Source of the DNA: a virus
Virus record (IMG/VR): IMGVR_UViG_3300007708_000003
Span: 34,361 to 98,360 of that record
Direction: 5' to 3' (one strand)
DNA: 64,000 bases
Both the position numbers and the translations under genes were made by a program. Of this stretch, positions 1-11,445 are shown in pieces; the stretch's first letter is position 1, and every line of letters begins with the position of its first letter. The notes under the pieces are model-generated. The model searched no databases and was not told the origin of the DNA. It worked only from the letters and a program-made list of their open reading frames with translations.

Positions 1-3000
1 TCTACATATTCTGGATGTAAAAATACTTGAAGTTTATTAAGTGTAGCAACTTTATGAAATCCATTTTTAAAGTTATTACCTGCAATAATAAATCTTTTGT
101 TTCTTTTAACTAACTGTACAGCACCTTTAACATTCAATGCTTCATCAGCATCAAACATTTGATTAAACATCAAGGAGTTGTGCATGTGATTAAATACTTT
201 GTCAAAAAGAAACCCTTCAAGATTTATAGATGTAAATGCTGAACTTGGTTTATAAGTTTTAGTAGCTTCATCATAAGTCATAATTGCTTCTTTACCAGTA
301 CCTTTACCATATAAAGAAGACAAGTCTTCTAATCTAAAACCTAATTGTATTTGCTGATCATCTGTGATAAAATCACTTGTTATCTTTTTAGTAATGTTTA
401 CTCTACCACGATCTTGTTTAAATATACGCTCATTTGTTTCTTTATTAACACCAACAATTTCTGCAGTATCAACATATTTTATTATACCTTGTTTAGCATA
501 ATTTTCTACAGCATAGTTAAACTGATCATATGCATAATCATCCAATGTATCTAAAAACTTTTTAGTCTTGTCATCATTATATAACTCATCAAAGTTTACC
601 TGATTAAAAGGTACACCTTGTTTAGCACTATTAATAAGTGATTGCTTAATACTTTTATTGTTTTGAAAATACTTAGGTAACTTACTAAAGTTATATGCTC
701 TTAAACTGTTATCTTTTTGATCTTCTACATCCGCAGTTTTATCTTCATTAAAAATAGCATTATACTCACCTCTAAGCATATTATACTTTCTACTATCATA
801 TGCTTCTTTTAATACTTTTCTTCTGGACCACTCTTTTCTTATTCTTTCATACTCTTGTCCAATAACATTTTTAAATGTATCAGTAATCTTTAATCTACCA
901 TTTACTTTGATAATACCTTTTGAGTCTGCAAATTGCTCATATAATCCTGATACTAAGAAGTTAGTTGGAGATGTTTCATTCTGACCATACTGACGCATAT
1001 AAGTATATATAGTGTCACCACTCTCTGTTACTATCTCATCCCTTTTTAAGAAAGAGTATATGTCAAGTAAGTGCATGTCTCTTTCTTGCAATTTATTATA
1101 TGATGTTCCACTGATAGGTTTACCATCTACAAATTGTTGAGTACCACCATATAAGCTTATGTCAAAGTTTTTGATAAATGTATTTAACTTATCATAGTTT
1201 CTTTTAGCTAATTCTCTTGCAGCAGTTTGTTCTGCAGTTTCACCTTTTTTCTTTTTAAAAGCTGTTTCAGGATTAGGTATCATCAACTGAGATAACAATA
1301 CATTGTCACCATAAAAAGATTCTAAAAAGTTGTTAAACTCAAAATCATCTTTTACAAAATCTACAAATCCTTCTTCTCTTAATGTTTTAACCATATAGAT
1401 AAGAGGAGTATATTTTACATATCTGTATATAAGTTTACCCTCAGCATTTCTTACAACGCTTGGTAATTCTGTTGGATCATATTTTACAATATACTCAGAA
1501 GCTTTTCTAAGAATAGAATTGAATGCACCATACTCTTTTGATGCATCATCAAATTTCTTATTTAAAACAGCAGGAGCAGGTTTTGCTTTAAGTATATCAT
1601 AGACATTGTTAAAGAAACTTTTAGTCAAATATTTATCTGACTTTATAAAGTTCTCATTTATTTCTAAATGATTTTTTACAGTTTTATTGTATATTGAAAC
1701 ATTTCCACCATTTTCTTTTGTTTCAATGCCTATAAGAGATAATCTAACTAATGACTTAGGAACATTTAGTCCTACATCTTTCATTGCAGTATGCAATCTT
1801 TCAGTAAGTTCTTTTAATATTTTATCATTATATTTTTTACCTGTATCTAATATTAATTTTTGAGTTTTGATTTCTGCTAATATATACACTAACTTTTGTA
1901 TTTTATCTTGATAATCACTAGATGTATACTCATTATTATATTTATACAAGAAGCTATCTACAATATCTTTTTTCTTTTTGTTAATGTCTTCATATAAGAT
2001 TTTATCTTTTAAAGAAATCTTACCAGCTGCAATATAACTATCACCCTGTTCATCTACTTTGTTTTCAAAAGACAAGTTAAATAACGCGTAGTTCATTGCT
2101 GTAACATGCAATACTTCAACAAACATATTATATAACTGTTTGTTTTTTGTTGCCATGTTATTACTATCCAGACCAGATGCTTTTTTAAGATTGTTGTATA
2201 TGGTCATGATGTCATTACCAGCTTTTACATTACCATCATTAATCATAATCTCAGCTGCATTAAGCAACTGATCAATAATTTTATCAGGTTTAACATCACT
2301 AGTAATTTTTAACAATATTGGAAACAATGTAGCACCATCAATAACACGTGGAAGTTTTACACCAATATACTTTTCATGTGGAGCATAGTACATGTTGATA
2401 GCTAAGAACTTCTTAATCTGATTTGGTAAAGACTCTAATGTATTCTTTTGTACAAAATTATCAAAGTCTTCAGTACCATCTTCACCTAGTTCTTCATCTG
2501 CAGTATCTTCAACATCTTTAACAACCTCTTGTTCTTGATTGGCAATGTTTTGCATTGTTTCAGCATCAACGCTTGTATCATCAGCTTCCTCTAATTCAGA
2601 AAGCAAGTTGTTCAATGTTACGTATTGTTTTTTAACAGTCTTACGTAACAAATCATTGGATACTTGACCATTAGTATTATCTAAAACATCTGTTGTTAAA
2701 CTGTCAACATAGTCATTTGCTTCAGACATGAAGTTATAATTTTCATCTCCTGTAAGGTTTATATCAAATACTTCTTTGTTTTGAAGTTTAGCTCCTAGTA
2801 TAAATCTGTATTGTTTGTATAAATCATTTAACTCCTCAGTAAGTTCATCTTTACCTTCTTGAGTATTTTCTTGTGCAGTAACAATATTTATATCTAGCAC
2901 ATTGTCTAATAAATGTTTTGTAGCAAGATCAAATTTCTCATCAAAAGATAACTTAGTATTGTTATTGTTTAATACTTCATACAACACCATCCCAGTCAAT

Positions 3001-6000
3001 TGATTTGCATGGAATGAGTCAAGTGTGCTATCTTTATACTCTACTTGATTTGTAATACTATTATTGTATATAACAGGTAGTCCTGGTATTGCTAGATATT
3101 TAATATTACCTTCATCTGCAATCTCAGCAACTTGTCTGTTTGCATACTTACCACGTTGTACATTTCTAAATGTAGAATCTATTACATCAGAGTTTCTGCT
3201 AAACATTCTTAATAAGTTGCTTAACATCTTAAAGAATCTTTCCAATAATGTTTTTGGAGCATTCTCTTTAATCATATAGTTTTGGAAAGCATCAGCTAAT
3301 ATTTCTTCAGCTTGAAGTTCTCTTAATCTTTCTAATGACTCTGTGTAGTTTCTATCTTCAGCAAATTTATTTAATGCATCTTCAGTAAACATTTTTGCAT
3401 ACTTAGAATTGTTATACACAGATTCTAATAATGCTTGTCTTTCTCTTGCATTCATCAAGTATTTAAACACTCCGTGGAATGCTTCATGATATGCAGTACC
3501 TTTTGCTTTTAAAGTATCATTTAAGTATATAAACTTATCTTTTATAAAACCAAGTACAGTAGGATTGATTTCTGTTAATGCATTAATATCTTCTATATCT
3601 AAAAGATTTAATCCAAACATTGAGTATGTTCTTTGTAACCATGCAATCTCACTTGCCCATTCTTGTTCTGACGCAGTATCAAAACCTTCACCTATATCTA
3701 TAGAAAAATAGTTATGTAAACCACCTGATTTTTTAATAGGTTTAGGAGTCACTTTAGGTTGTTCTGCCTCAACTTTTTCTTCTTGCTTTTCAGTATCACG
3801 TTGCACTTCTTCTAAAGTAGCATTTACCTTTTCAAAATAAGGTGTACTCTTAGGAGATATGATGCTAGTCATACTTCTATTTCTGTTAGCTATTTGAATA
3901 TCATTGATGCCAAAATCACTATCAAGTTGTAGACCAGTATATTTTTTTACTTTGCCTAACTTTAATTTTGTAATTTCATCATTGTTGTCATAATCAAAGA
4001 ATATAAGATCAGGTCTAAAGTTACCATTAATGGTAAAATCTTCTCTAAACTTTTTACCAAAGTCTTCACCAAATTGCTCTGGATTTTCTAACTTTTTTAC
4101 AACAGTATCTTTAATAATATCAATAAATCTTTCTTGTGCGTCTTTTATATTTTGTCCAGATAAACCTTGACCAAGAAGTTCTTTATAAATACTTTGTATT
4201 TCTTTTTCAGGTAGTGCTATATTATATTTACCTCTATTAGATTTTATAAAATTATATCTATCATTTGTTGAGTATGGTCTTATTTCTAATACAAAATTAC
4301 CTGCTGTATCTGTAGAATATTTAAAATCTAATACAGCATTTCTATCTACTGCAGAATTTCTTAATGGTATTTGATAAAAATTAAAACTAAATTGACGCAT
4401 ATCAGATATTCTATTATTACTTGATAACGTGGCATTTAGCACAGAAATAAAATCAGCAAATGTTTTTTGATTATTGTTTGCTGCTTCAATAAGTATAGGT
4501 TTGTATCTACCATCAAGACTGCCATCTTTAAATGTAACAATAAGTTTTTCTTGTCTTTGATCTGATTCTGTTAAAATACTTTTAGCATATGAATCTATAG
4601 AGTTACCTCTGTTTAATATTTCTTTAAAGTATACATTAAGAGATGTTTGTTTATTTTTAAACAAGACTCTCTCATTATTTGCTAGTACATTCTTTACATC
4701 AAATATATTTGTGTCAGCTCTTCTTAGTAATATAAAAGGAATGTTTCTTTCTTCAGTGCTTAGTATCTCACCTTCTTCATTAATAGTAACTATTGTTAAT
4801 GGTACAGATAAATTGTTATCTTCTTCAAGAACATCTGCAAGTTTTATATTATCATCAACTCTATTACTATAAGAATTGATATCATAGTACCCATGGAACA
4901 AACTACTAACATCTGTTATATTATTACTATCTAAACTTTTAAGTAACTCTTCATTTTCTAAAACAGCTTTCTTAAACATTTGAAATGTTTCATAATTGCT
5001 TTTTATCAGTTGCAGTTCATCTAATGATAAAGACTCTGTAACAGTGGCTCCTTTTGGCATCTTTGCAAAAGTATTAGATACTAATTCTAAATTCTCTGTA
5101 TTAGAAAAATCAATTTTTGTAGTTCTATTATTAGAATCTAAGAATGCATAGTTATCTAATGTGTAGATGTTAAATCTTTTACCATTGTATTCTCCTACTA
5201 AAGTAAAAGTATTCTCAGATTTTTTTGGTGAGTACAATGTAGATACAACAGCACTGCTATTTCTTTGAAGTTCAGCTACTTGCTGTGCAAATTCAAAAGT
5301 TTCATGGTTTCTATTTGCAAGTTGTGCATACTCTGGAGCAGCTACTGCAATATTTTTAAACTCTGTAATTCTTTCATCTGTAGTTTCACTAATTGGCACA
5401 GCATATATTTTAACTTGACCAACAGCATTTCTTACAGTATTTAATCCAACATTAGTATCAATATCTACTATTGTAATGCCTGATAAAATAAGACTTTCAT
5501 ACAGTATAGTTTTTGCATTATCTCCAAGATTTTTTGCAACAAGAGGTAATACTAAAAGAGGTCTTTTACTTCTAATATCTGAATCATCTACAACTTCATT
5601 TGTAGCAGTGTCTATAAAATAACCTGCTTGATTTCTGATACTGTCAACATATCTACCATCTTTTAATTGTAATAGTACTCTATTAGATATCTCATCTCCA
5701 AATTCATATTTGTTTAAGTCTATAGAACTTAAATCAATGAACTTTGTATCTCTTAAGTGTTTCTTTATTTTAGTATCAAATAAAGCTTTTAATGCTATCT
5801 CACTTGGACTACCTTGAATAGCTACTTCATATGCTGCAGTTATTTCATTTATAGTATCAGTTTTTACATCCTGACTTTTAAAACTGGTAGAACTTAAAAA
5901 GTTATCTATGTCAGTAAGAGCACTCATGACAGGATAACTTAATGTAGTAATAGTATCTTTTACCTTGAATAGTTTTTTAATTTCTGATAAGACATTGGCT

Positions 6001-6323
6001 TTTGTTATCTTTTTAACTTCAAGATCTTTGTATATGGTTTTTAATACTGTGCTAATATATTTTTTATCATCTGTATTAATAAAGTCCACTAAACTTACTA
6101 TAGCATTTGCCTGACCTTTCTGTATTTCACCATTACTAGCATCATGTAACTGATCATATATAATAGCAAGATGATGCAAAGTATTTGTTTTTGCATTATC
6201 TTTTAAGGGATTGCTTAGTATAAACTTTGCAACATTGTCAAAGTTTGAATAATATTCTGGATCTTTTTTAAGAAATTGAGAAACTAAATTTTTATACTTG
6301 TCAGTATTGCTAGTACAGTTCAT
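1..6323 (-). CDS. Giant virion protein, >2100 aa and 3'-truncated by the window; zincin metalloprotease domain; probable crAss-type virion RNA polymerase
   Basis: Not in the ORF track because it has no stop in the window. ATG at 6321-6323 (MNCTSNTDKYK); frame spot-checked open near 3480, 1200 and 3-60. HEAFH at 3474-3488 followed by EEILADAF. Position after the cargo genes matches crAss-like RNAP/ejected proteins. The catalytic DxDxD motif was not seen and would lie beyond the edge. Confidence 0.7.
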   Translation of the reverse strand, partial: MNCTSNTDKYKNLVSQFLKKDPEYYSNFDNVAKFILSNPLKDNAKTNTLHHLAIIYDQLHDASNGEIQKGQANAIVSLVDFINTDDKKYISTVLKTIYKDLEVKKITKANVLSEIKKLFKVKDTITTLSYPVMSALTDIDNFLSSTSFKSQDVKTDTINEITAAYEVAIQGSPSEIALKALFDTKIKKHLRDTKFIDLSSIDLNKYEFGDEISNRVLLQLKDGRYVDSIRNQAGYFIDTATNEVVDDSDIRSKRPLLVLPLVAKNLGDNAKTILYESLILSGITIVDIDTNVGLNTVRNAVGQVKIYAVPISETTDERITEFKNIAVAAPEYAQLANRNHETFEFAQQVAELQRNSSAVVSTLYSPKKSENTFTLVGEYNGKRFNIYTLDNYAFLDSNNRTTKIDFSNTENLELVSNTFAKMPKGATVTESLSLDELQLIKSNYETFQMFKKAVLENEELLKSLDSNNITDVSSLFHGYYDINSYSNRVDDNIKLADVLEEDNNLSVPLTIVTINEEGEILSTEERNIPFILLRRADTNIFDVKNVLANNERVLFKNKQTSLNVYFKEILNRGNSIDSYAKSILTESDQRQEKLIVTFKDGSLDGRYKPILIEAANNNQKTFADFISVLNATLSSNNRISDMRQFSFNFYQIPLRNSAVDRNAVLDFKYSTDTAGNFVLEIRPYSTNDRYNFIKSNRGKYNIALPEKEIQSIYKELLGQGLSGQNIKDAQERFIDIIKDTVVKKLENPEQFGEDFGKKFREDFTINGNFRPDLIFFDYDNNDEITKLKLGKVKKYTGLQLDSDFGINDIQIANRNRSMTSIISPKSTPYFEKVNATLEEVQRDTEKQEEKVEAEQPKVTPKPIKKSGGLHNYFSIDIGEGFDTASEQEWASEIAWLQRTYSMFGLNLLDIEDINALTEINPTVLGFIKDKFIYLNDTLKAKGTAYHEAFHGVFKYLMNARERQALLESVYNNSKYAKMFTEDALNKFAEDRNYTESLERLRELQAEEILADAFQNYMIKENAPKTLLERFFKMLSNLLRMFSRNSDVIDSTFRNVQRGKYANRQVAEIADEGNIKYLAIPGLPVIYNNSITNQVEYKDSTLDSFHANQLTGMVLYEVLNNNNTKLSFDEKFDLATKHLLDNVLDINIVTAQENTQEGKDELTEELNDLYKQYRFILGAKLQNKEVFDINLTGDENYNFMSEANDYVDSLTTDVLDNTNGQVSNDLLRKTVKKQYVTLNNLLSELEEADDTSVDAETMQNIANQEQEVVKDVEDTADEELGEDGTEDFDNFVQKNTLESLPNQIKKFLAINMYYAPHEKYIGVKLPRVIDGATLFPILLKITSDVKPDKIIDQLLNAAEIMINDGNVKAGNDIMTIYNNLKKASGLDSNNMATKNKQLYNMFVEVLHVTAMNYALFNLSFENKVDEQGDSYIAAGKISLKDKILYEDINKKKKDIVDSFLYKYNNEYTSSDYQDKIQKLVYILAEIKTQKLILDTGKKYNDKILKELTERLHTAMKDVGLNVPKSLVRLSLIGIETKENGGNVSIYNKTVKNHLEINENFIKSDKYLTKSFFNNVYDILKAKPAPAVLNKKFDDASKEYGAFNSILRKASEYIVKYDPTELPSVVRNAEGKLIYRYVKYTPLIYMVKTLREEGFVDFVKDDFEFNNFLESFYGDNVLLSQLMIPNPETAFKKKKGETAEQTAARELAKRNYDKLNTFIKNFDISLYGGTQQFVDGKPISGTSYNKLQERDMHLLDIYSFLKRDEIVTESGDTIYTYMRQYGQNETSPTNFLVSGLYEQFADSKGIIKVNGRLKITDTFKNVIGQEYERIRKEWSRRKVLKEAYDSRKYNMLRGEYNAIFNEDKTADVEDQKDNSLRAYNFSKLPKYFQNNKSIKQSLINSAKQGVPFNQVNFDELYNDDKTKKFLDTLDDYAYDQFNYAVENYAKQGIIKYVDTAEIVGVNKETNERIFKQDRGRVNITKKITSDFITDDQQIQLGFRLEDLSSLYGKGTGKEAIMTYDEATKTYKPSSAFTSINLEGFLFDKVFNHMHNSLMFNQMFDADEALNVKGAVQLVKRNKRFIIAGNNFKNGFHKVATLNKLQVFLHPEYV

Positions 6324-6348
6324 AGTGATTGAAGTGTTTATTTATAGA

Positions 6349-9300
6349 TTAGCATCCAGGCTCGTCATGAATGTCATTGATTTCATCAAGTAATGACTGA
6401 TCACCCTTCTCTACAAATTTACTACTTTTTTTGGAAATATCACTCTTTGCTTGATTGTAATCTTCTAAAATAGATTGAATATCATTGTTTTGTATTTCTG
6501 TTGGTGCTGTTTCATCTACTGTAATCTTAGCATCTTCTTCTACTTCAGTTACATCACTCATGTTAAAAAAGTCTTCAAAATCAACAGCGTCTTCTTCATC
6601 AAACTCATCTGTTACAACAGCTAATACATTCTTACGCATTTCTTCTACTGAATCTTTTACAGATGGTATTCTTGAAAACATGCTTAGTAATTCAATAGTA
6701 CCATTTACTTCTTTATTATATTTATCCATAGCTTCAATAGCTCTAGACATAAAAGCATTTATTAAATCTTCATCTTCAGTATTCAGATAATCTTTTACAA
6801 ACTCTCTGTTTTCTTTTTGTATTTCAATTTTGCGTTCTAATTGATCTCCAAATATACTATCAAAGTCTACAGCTCCAGACATATCATCTGCCATCTCTGT
6901 GTAGTCTTCATCTTTTTTAAGTTTGTTATCTTGTTCTTTCTGAAACTTAACTTCCTCTTCTTTTTGAATATCCATTTTTCTTTGAACAGGAACTTTATTC
7001 ATTAAATCTTGTTCTTCAGAAGTAAATTTATTAATAGTTTTACCATTAGGTTTAACCATCTCTCTTACAAGTTCTTCAGCTTTCTGCATATCTACTGCAG
7101 GTTCTACAGGTTTACTTTCTAAAGCTTTATATTTAGTATTAATTTTATTTATTGCTTCTTCTCTTGTATATCCAAGTATTTTATCTTTTCTATTTTTTAA
7201 ATCATCTTTAGTAATTTCTTCTGAAACAAATGCTCCTGCCCAAATTCCTCCATATCTATTAGGAGATAATTGATGTAAATTAGAAATTTCTTTTTCCTTT
7301 TCAGTTTCTATATTAGAAACAATAGGAGCTACTTGTGATGGAGCTGTACTAGCAGGTTGATTAGGTTGACTGTTTACATCAGTAGATGTATTACTGTCTT
7401 GTGCTTTAGCTTTATCTAATAATACTTTAAGAGTTAATTCTTCTGCACCTTTTTTAAATATGGTAGCATTGATTTTATCTACTTCAGCTTGATACTGATC
7501 TTTACTAATCTCTTGTTTACCAAATCTTGTTTTAAGAGCTTTGTATGCAGGATTAAATTCTCTAACCATCTCTAAGGTTTTTATCTTAGATGCGTCAGAC
7601 ATAGATAAAAATTCCTGCACCATTGACTCAGGAGAAATAACTTCAACAGATTTTGCTTCTGTATCTTCTTCATCATCTTCAATAACAGGAGTTTTTATAG
7701 TTGATGGATCTGGAATATTTTGTACAGTAGTTTCACTAGGTAGATTGTCAATTTCTGCTTTTAATGTTTCTGCTGCCTCAACACTAAGAGGTTCTTCATT
7801 TACTACATCACCTGTAGCAATATCAACAACATCTGCTGTACCATCTTCATTTTGTACAACATTAACTTTAGGAGCATATCCTATTATACCTAACTCTTGA
7901 ATTTTATAATCTATTTGTTCTTTGTATATAGGATCTTCATACAACTTTGCCTCATTAGGTAATAACTCAGTATTATTCATTATCTTTTCAGCAATAATTA
8001 ATAGTCTGTAGTCATCTAATGATTTCTTTTCTTGTATGTCATTCATCTCACCTTCAGTAATGTCTTCATTGTATTGCTGAGGTGTATATTGTTTTATTGC
8101 TTTATGTACTTCTAATGATATAATTTTCTCAATCTCATTAACATATTTCTTAGCATCTTTATATGCTTCTATTCCTATCTTAGGATCTGTGATAATAATG
8201 TTTAATGCAATGTATGCGTCAGATTCTTTTACTCTATCAAATATCTGTTGGTATATTTCATTTGCAATTTTAAAATGTTCAACAGGATCTGCAGATACAT
8301 TTGATGCAATGCCACTACTAACTTTAACAACAGCTTCTTCTAGATTAGATATTAATGACTCTAAGTTATATTTAAATAAACCTGCCTCTGATCTTTTAAC
8401 CATAGACATAAATTTATCAGGATCAGATAATACTTCTACAGCTCTTAAATAGTCTTTAGAATCTTTATCTAATCTAATGTAATCTACAATTTTTTCAAAG
8501 CTATCATTAAGAGCACTTTGACCTAACTCTGAATCTAAACCTGCTTGTGAATTTTTAAGATTAATAATCTCTCTAAATAATTTAGATATCTTTTTGTTTT
8601 TAATATCCCATGTTTTAACTGGTGTCCAAAGTTTTTTACCATCTGCATTTTCAACTCTTTGTTTTTTGTTTTGCTCAATACCTGCAAAAACAAAATCTGT
8701 ATGTTCTACAACACCTGTTACTTCACTACGTTGTTTCCAAAGTTTTGCCCATTCATTTAATAAGTCAAGTTCTTTCTTAGTACTTTTTAATTGCTTTTCA
8801 GTTTGCTTTTTAACATCACCTGTAAGATTACCTTCTTCAAGTGTAGTGTTAAGTTGTTTTATTTGAGACATCACTGTATCAATTTCATTTGATAAAAATG
8901 ATGGGTTACTCAATACACGCATTGCATAATCAGAAGACATAGAAAGACCAGGAATAGCTGATAAATCTGCAGTAACACCTTTCAACCTTTCAGCTGTCAT
9001 GTCTGCTTTAATAGCATTCATTGCAATAATAGATATAGCTTCTTCTTGTGCAGCTCTTGTATGATTTGCAATAGTTCTGTCTATAGTTCCTTCTTGGTAT
9101 GCTTGAGGATCAACTAATTTATTTTTTACACCTCTTTTCATATCTTCAATGATATTAGTGTATTTTTGTAAATCACTTGCTACTTTTTCTGCATACTCTT
9201 GTGGAGTATTATAATTTGTATCTGCAATATCTATATTAAATTCTTTTTGGAATGCTTCAGCAGTATAATCCTGCCCCATATCTCTAATAGCACTTACAAA

Positions 9301-11442
9301 ACCCTTAATAGTATTTGTTCTATATGCAGCCATAGTTGCTGCAAGAAGTGCATTATTCTTAGAATTTTGAAATTCATATTGTAATCCTTTTGCTGCTGCT
9401 TCAGCCATTTCAGCAGAACTAATAGTTTGTGCATTAAAATTAACAACTTTATTTGAAAAAGCATTTGGACCACCTGATTCAAAAACAGAATTAACCATTC
9501 TTATATCAGCTTGCAATCTTTCTTTTGCTTGAACAATAGGGTTTTGATTTGGATTATCTTTATACTTGTTATTATAATATTGCTCTTGTGTTTTTTGTAC
9601 AACATTATTTAATACCTTACTTGGTCCTTTAACCATCATACCTGTCAATGCACCAGTAAGAAAAGTTTTTAAACCTTGCTTAGACCACTGATCTTTAAAT
9701 CCTTGACCAAAGTAATCTGACAAAGTATATTTTAAATTGTTACCATATTTATCTACATAGTAATTTTTCCATGCATTACCTGATGCTTCTTGGTATATCT
9801 CTTGCGCACCTTCTGCAATTTCAAAAGATAATGTGTTTCTTAAAAAAGATTTACCTAGCATCTTGCCAGCTTCTTTAGTACCAAACTCTGATCTTACTTG
9901 ACCTAATATACCAAAGGTTCCAAAGAAACCACTCTTGTCAAATATTTTAAATGCACCTTTTTTACGAACAGCAGCAATTGTATTGTTTGCCATTGTTTCT
10001 TCTATTGCTTGTAATGCTTTATTTGCTGGTACAAATTTATTAAACAAGTTTCCAAACTGTAACTTGTTGGTTGCTAATAAGATAGCAGTGTTTGTATCAT
10101 AGTTAGATGAACTTGCTTGTACAGCATAGTCACGCATTTTATTAAATTCTGTAGCATCTGGTAATTCACCTTCATGTGTACTTTGATAATTTTTTACCAT
10201 CATGTCAAGTGAATCTCCATAAGAAGATACTGATTCAAACATTGCTTCTGACATAGACATGTTTAACTCTTGTGCTACACGTCTAAAGCCTTGCACTGCC
10301 ATTCCTGTAAGTTCTGCTCCGCCTGCACCTGCTCTAAAAGCAACTACACCTTTTTCACCAAAGTTTACAGCTGTACCAAGAAGTGGTGTACCTCTTAATA
10401 TATTTTCTGCAAACTCACCTACACTTTTTGATTTGGCTACATTTAATATATTATTACTAAATATTCTTGTATAAGAATTAAAAGTCTCTCTTGCTGTAGC
10501 AGAAGGTATTCTTCTAAATGAACCTGCAATTTCAGCTTCTGTAGCTTCTCTTACTATAGGTTTTATTACATCAACAGATTTATCAGCTAATGATAAACCA
10601 CTTCCAAATCTTGTAAAAAGATTTCTTTTTGCTGCAAGTTCTACACCTTCTTTAGCTGCAGTCTTTAATCCTAATTTACTTAATGCTCTTGCACCTGTAG
10701 CACCAAAACTTCCAACACCTCCACCACCTGTAAGACCTGTTATTAAAACATCAGCTACTAACTCAGTACCTATAGCTGCAATAGTACCATATGTAAAACC
10801 AACATTACCTAAAAATTCAGAGAAAAACTTTTTATTAAATATTCCATCTTCATCTTCTTCTGGTACAAATACATAGTTTTGACTTGCATTCTTTTGATCT
10901 AAATAGTATTGACTTATTAACTCACTTTCAGATGGTTTTACTAAATCCCAATCACCTTCAGATATTGCATCAAACATTTTACCATAGTCAGAAAACCAGG
11001 ATGTATATGTATTACCTGCATTATATAACATGCTATCAAATCCTTTAGCTAATGCAGAACCCCATGTTTCATTTTCAATGGCTTGCTTAGTATTACTTTC
11101 ATAAAAGTTAGGATTAAACTCTAAAGGATTATAACCTTTTTGTTCTTTAAATTTATCTACATATTCTGGATTAACAGACTTAACAGCACTACCTAAATAG
11201 TTTTCTGCTGTCATAGGTGTAGGAGCAGACATCTTATCTAAGAAATCTGTATTACTTTTTTGTAATTGTAAATTTAAAGCAGCTGCTCCTTTTTTAGTTG
11301 GATCAATAGCACCATCTGCCTGCATATCATCTGCAGGTATATCACCTGTAACAACAGCTTGAGTTTCAACTATAGAAGGGTCATCAGATACTAAATTATT
11401 AAAAACATTATCTGTATCAGTAAAATTAAAAATATCACTCAT
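6349..11442 (-). CDS. Large virion cargo/ejection protein (1697 aa)
   Basis: Long helical ORF with Gly-rich hydrophobic segments (GTIAAIGTELVADVLITGLTGGGG; TFLTGALTGMMV) and acidic C-terminus; lies next to the giant RNAP-like gene as in crAss-like phages. Confidence 0.6.
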   Translation of the reverse strand: MSDIFNFTDTDNVFNNLVSDDPSIVETQAVVTGDIPADDMQADGAIDPTKKGAAALNLQLQKSNTDFLDKMSAPTPMTAENYLGSAVKSVNPEYVDKFKEQKGYNPLEFNPNFYESNTKQAIENETWGSALAKGFDSMLYNAGNTYTSWFSDYGKMFDAISEGDWDLVKPSESELISQYYLDQKNASQNYVFVPEEDEDGIFNKKFFSEFLGNVGFTYGTIAAIGTELVADVLITGLTGGGGVGSFGATGARALSKLGLKTAAKEGVELAAKRNLFTRFGSGLSLADKSVDVIKPIVREATEAEIAGSFRRIPSATARETFNSYTRIFSNNILNVAKSKSVGEFAENILRGTPLLGTAVNFGEKGVVAFRAGAGGAELTGMAVQGFRRVAQELNMSMSEAMFESVSSYGDSLDMMVKNYQSTHEGELPDATEFNKMRDYAVQASSSNYDTNTAILLATNKLQFGNLFNKFVPANKALQAIEETMANNTIAAVRKKGAFKIFDKSGFFGTFGILGQVRSEFGTKEAGKMLGKSFLRNTLSFEIAEGAQEIYQEASGNAWKNYYVDKYGNNLKYTLSDYFGQGFKDQWSKQGLKTFLTGALTGMMVKGPSKVLNNVVQKTQEQYYNNKYKDNPNQNPIVQAKERLQADIRMVNSVFESGGPNAFSNKVVNFNAQTISSAEMAEAAAKGLQYEFQNSKNNALLAATMAAYRTNTIKGFVSAIRDMGQDYTAEAFQKEFNIDIADTNYNTPQEYAEKVASDLQKYTNIIEDMKRGVKNKLVDPQAYQEGTIDRTIANHTRAAQEEAISIIAMNAIKADMTAERLKGVTADLSAIPGLSMSSDYAMRVLSNPSFLSNEIDTVMSQIKQLNTTLEEGNLTGDVKKQTEKQLKSTKKELDLLNEWAKLWKQRSEVTGVVEHTDFVFAGIEQNKKQRVENADGKKLWTPVKTWDIKNKKISKLFREIINLKNSQAGLDSELGQSALNDSFEKIVDYIRLDKDSKDYLRAVEVLSDPDKFMSMVKRSEAGLFKYNLESLISNLEEAVVKVSSGIASNVSADPVEHFKIANEIYQQIFDRVKESDAYIALNIIITDPKIGIEAYKDAKKYVNEIEKIISLEVHKAIKQYTPQQYNEDITEGEMNDIQEKKSLDDYRLLIIAEKIMNNTELLPNEAKLYEDPIYKEQIDYKIQELGIIGYAPKVNVVQNEDGTADVVDIATGDVVNEEPLSVEAAETLKAEIDNLPSETTVQNIPDPSTIKTPVIEDDEEDTEAKSVEVISPESMVQEFLSMSDASKIKTLEMVREFNPAYKALKTRFGKQEISKDQYQAEVDKINATIFKKGAEELTLKVLLDKAKAQDSNTSTDVNSQPNQPASTAPSQVAPIVSNIETEKEKEISNLHQLSPNRYGGIWAGAFVSEEITKDDLKNRKDKILGYTREEAINKINTKYKALESKPVEPAVDMQKAEELVREMVKPNGKTINKFTSEEQDLMNKVPVQRKMDIQKEEEVKFQKEQDNKLKKDEDYTEMADDMSGAVDFDSIFGDQLERKIEIQKENREFVKDYLNTEDEDLINAFMSRAIEAMDKYNKEVNGTIELLSMFSRIPSVKDSVEEMRKNVLAVVTDEFDEEDAVDFEDFFNMSDVTEVEEDAKITVDETAPTEIQNNDIQSILEDYNQAKSDISKKSSKFVEKGDQSLLDEINDIHDEPGC

Positions 11443-11445
11443 GTT

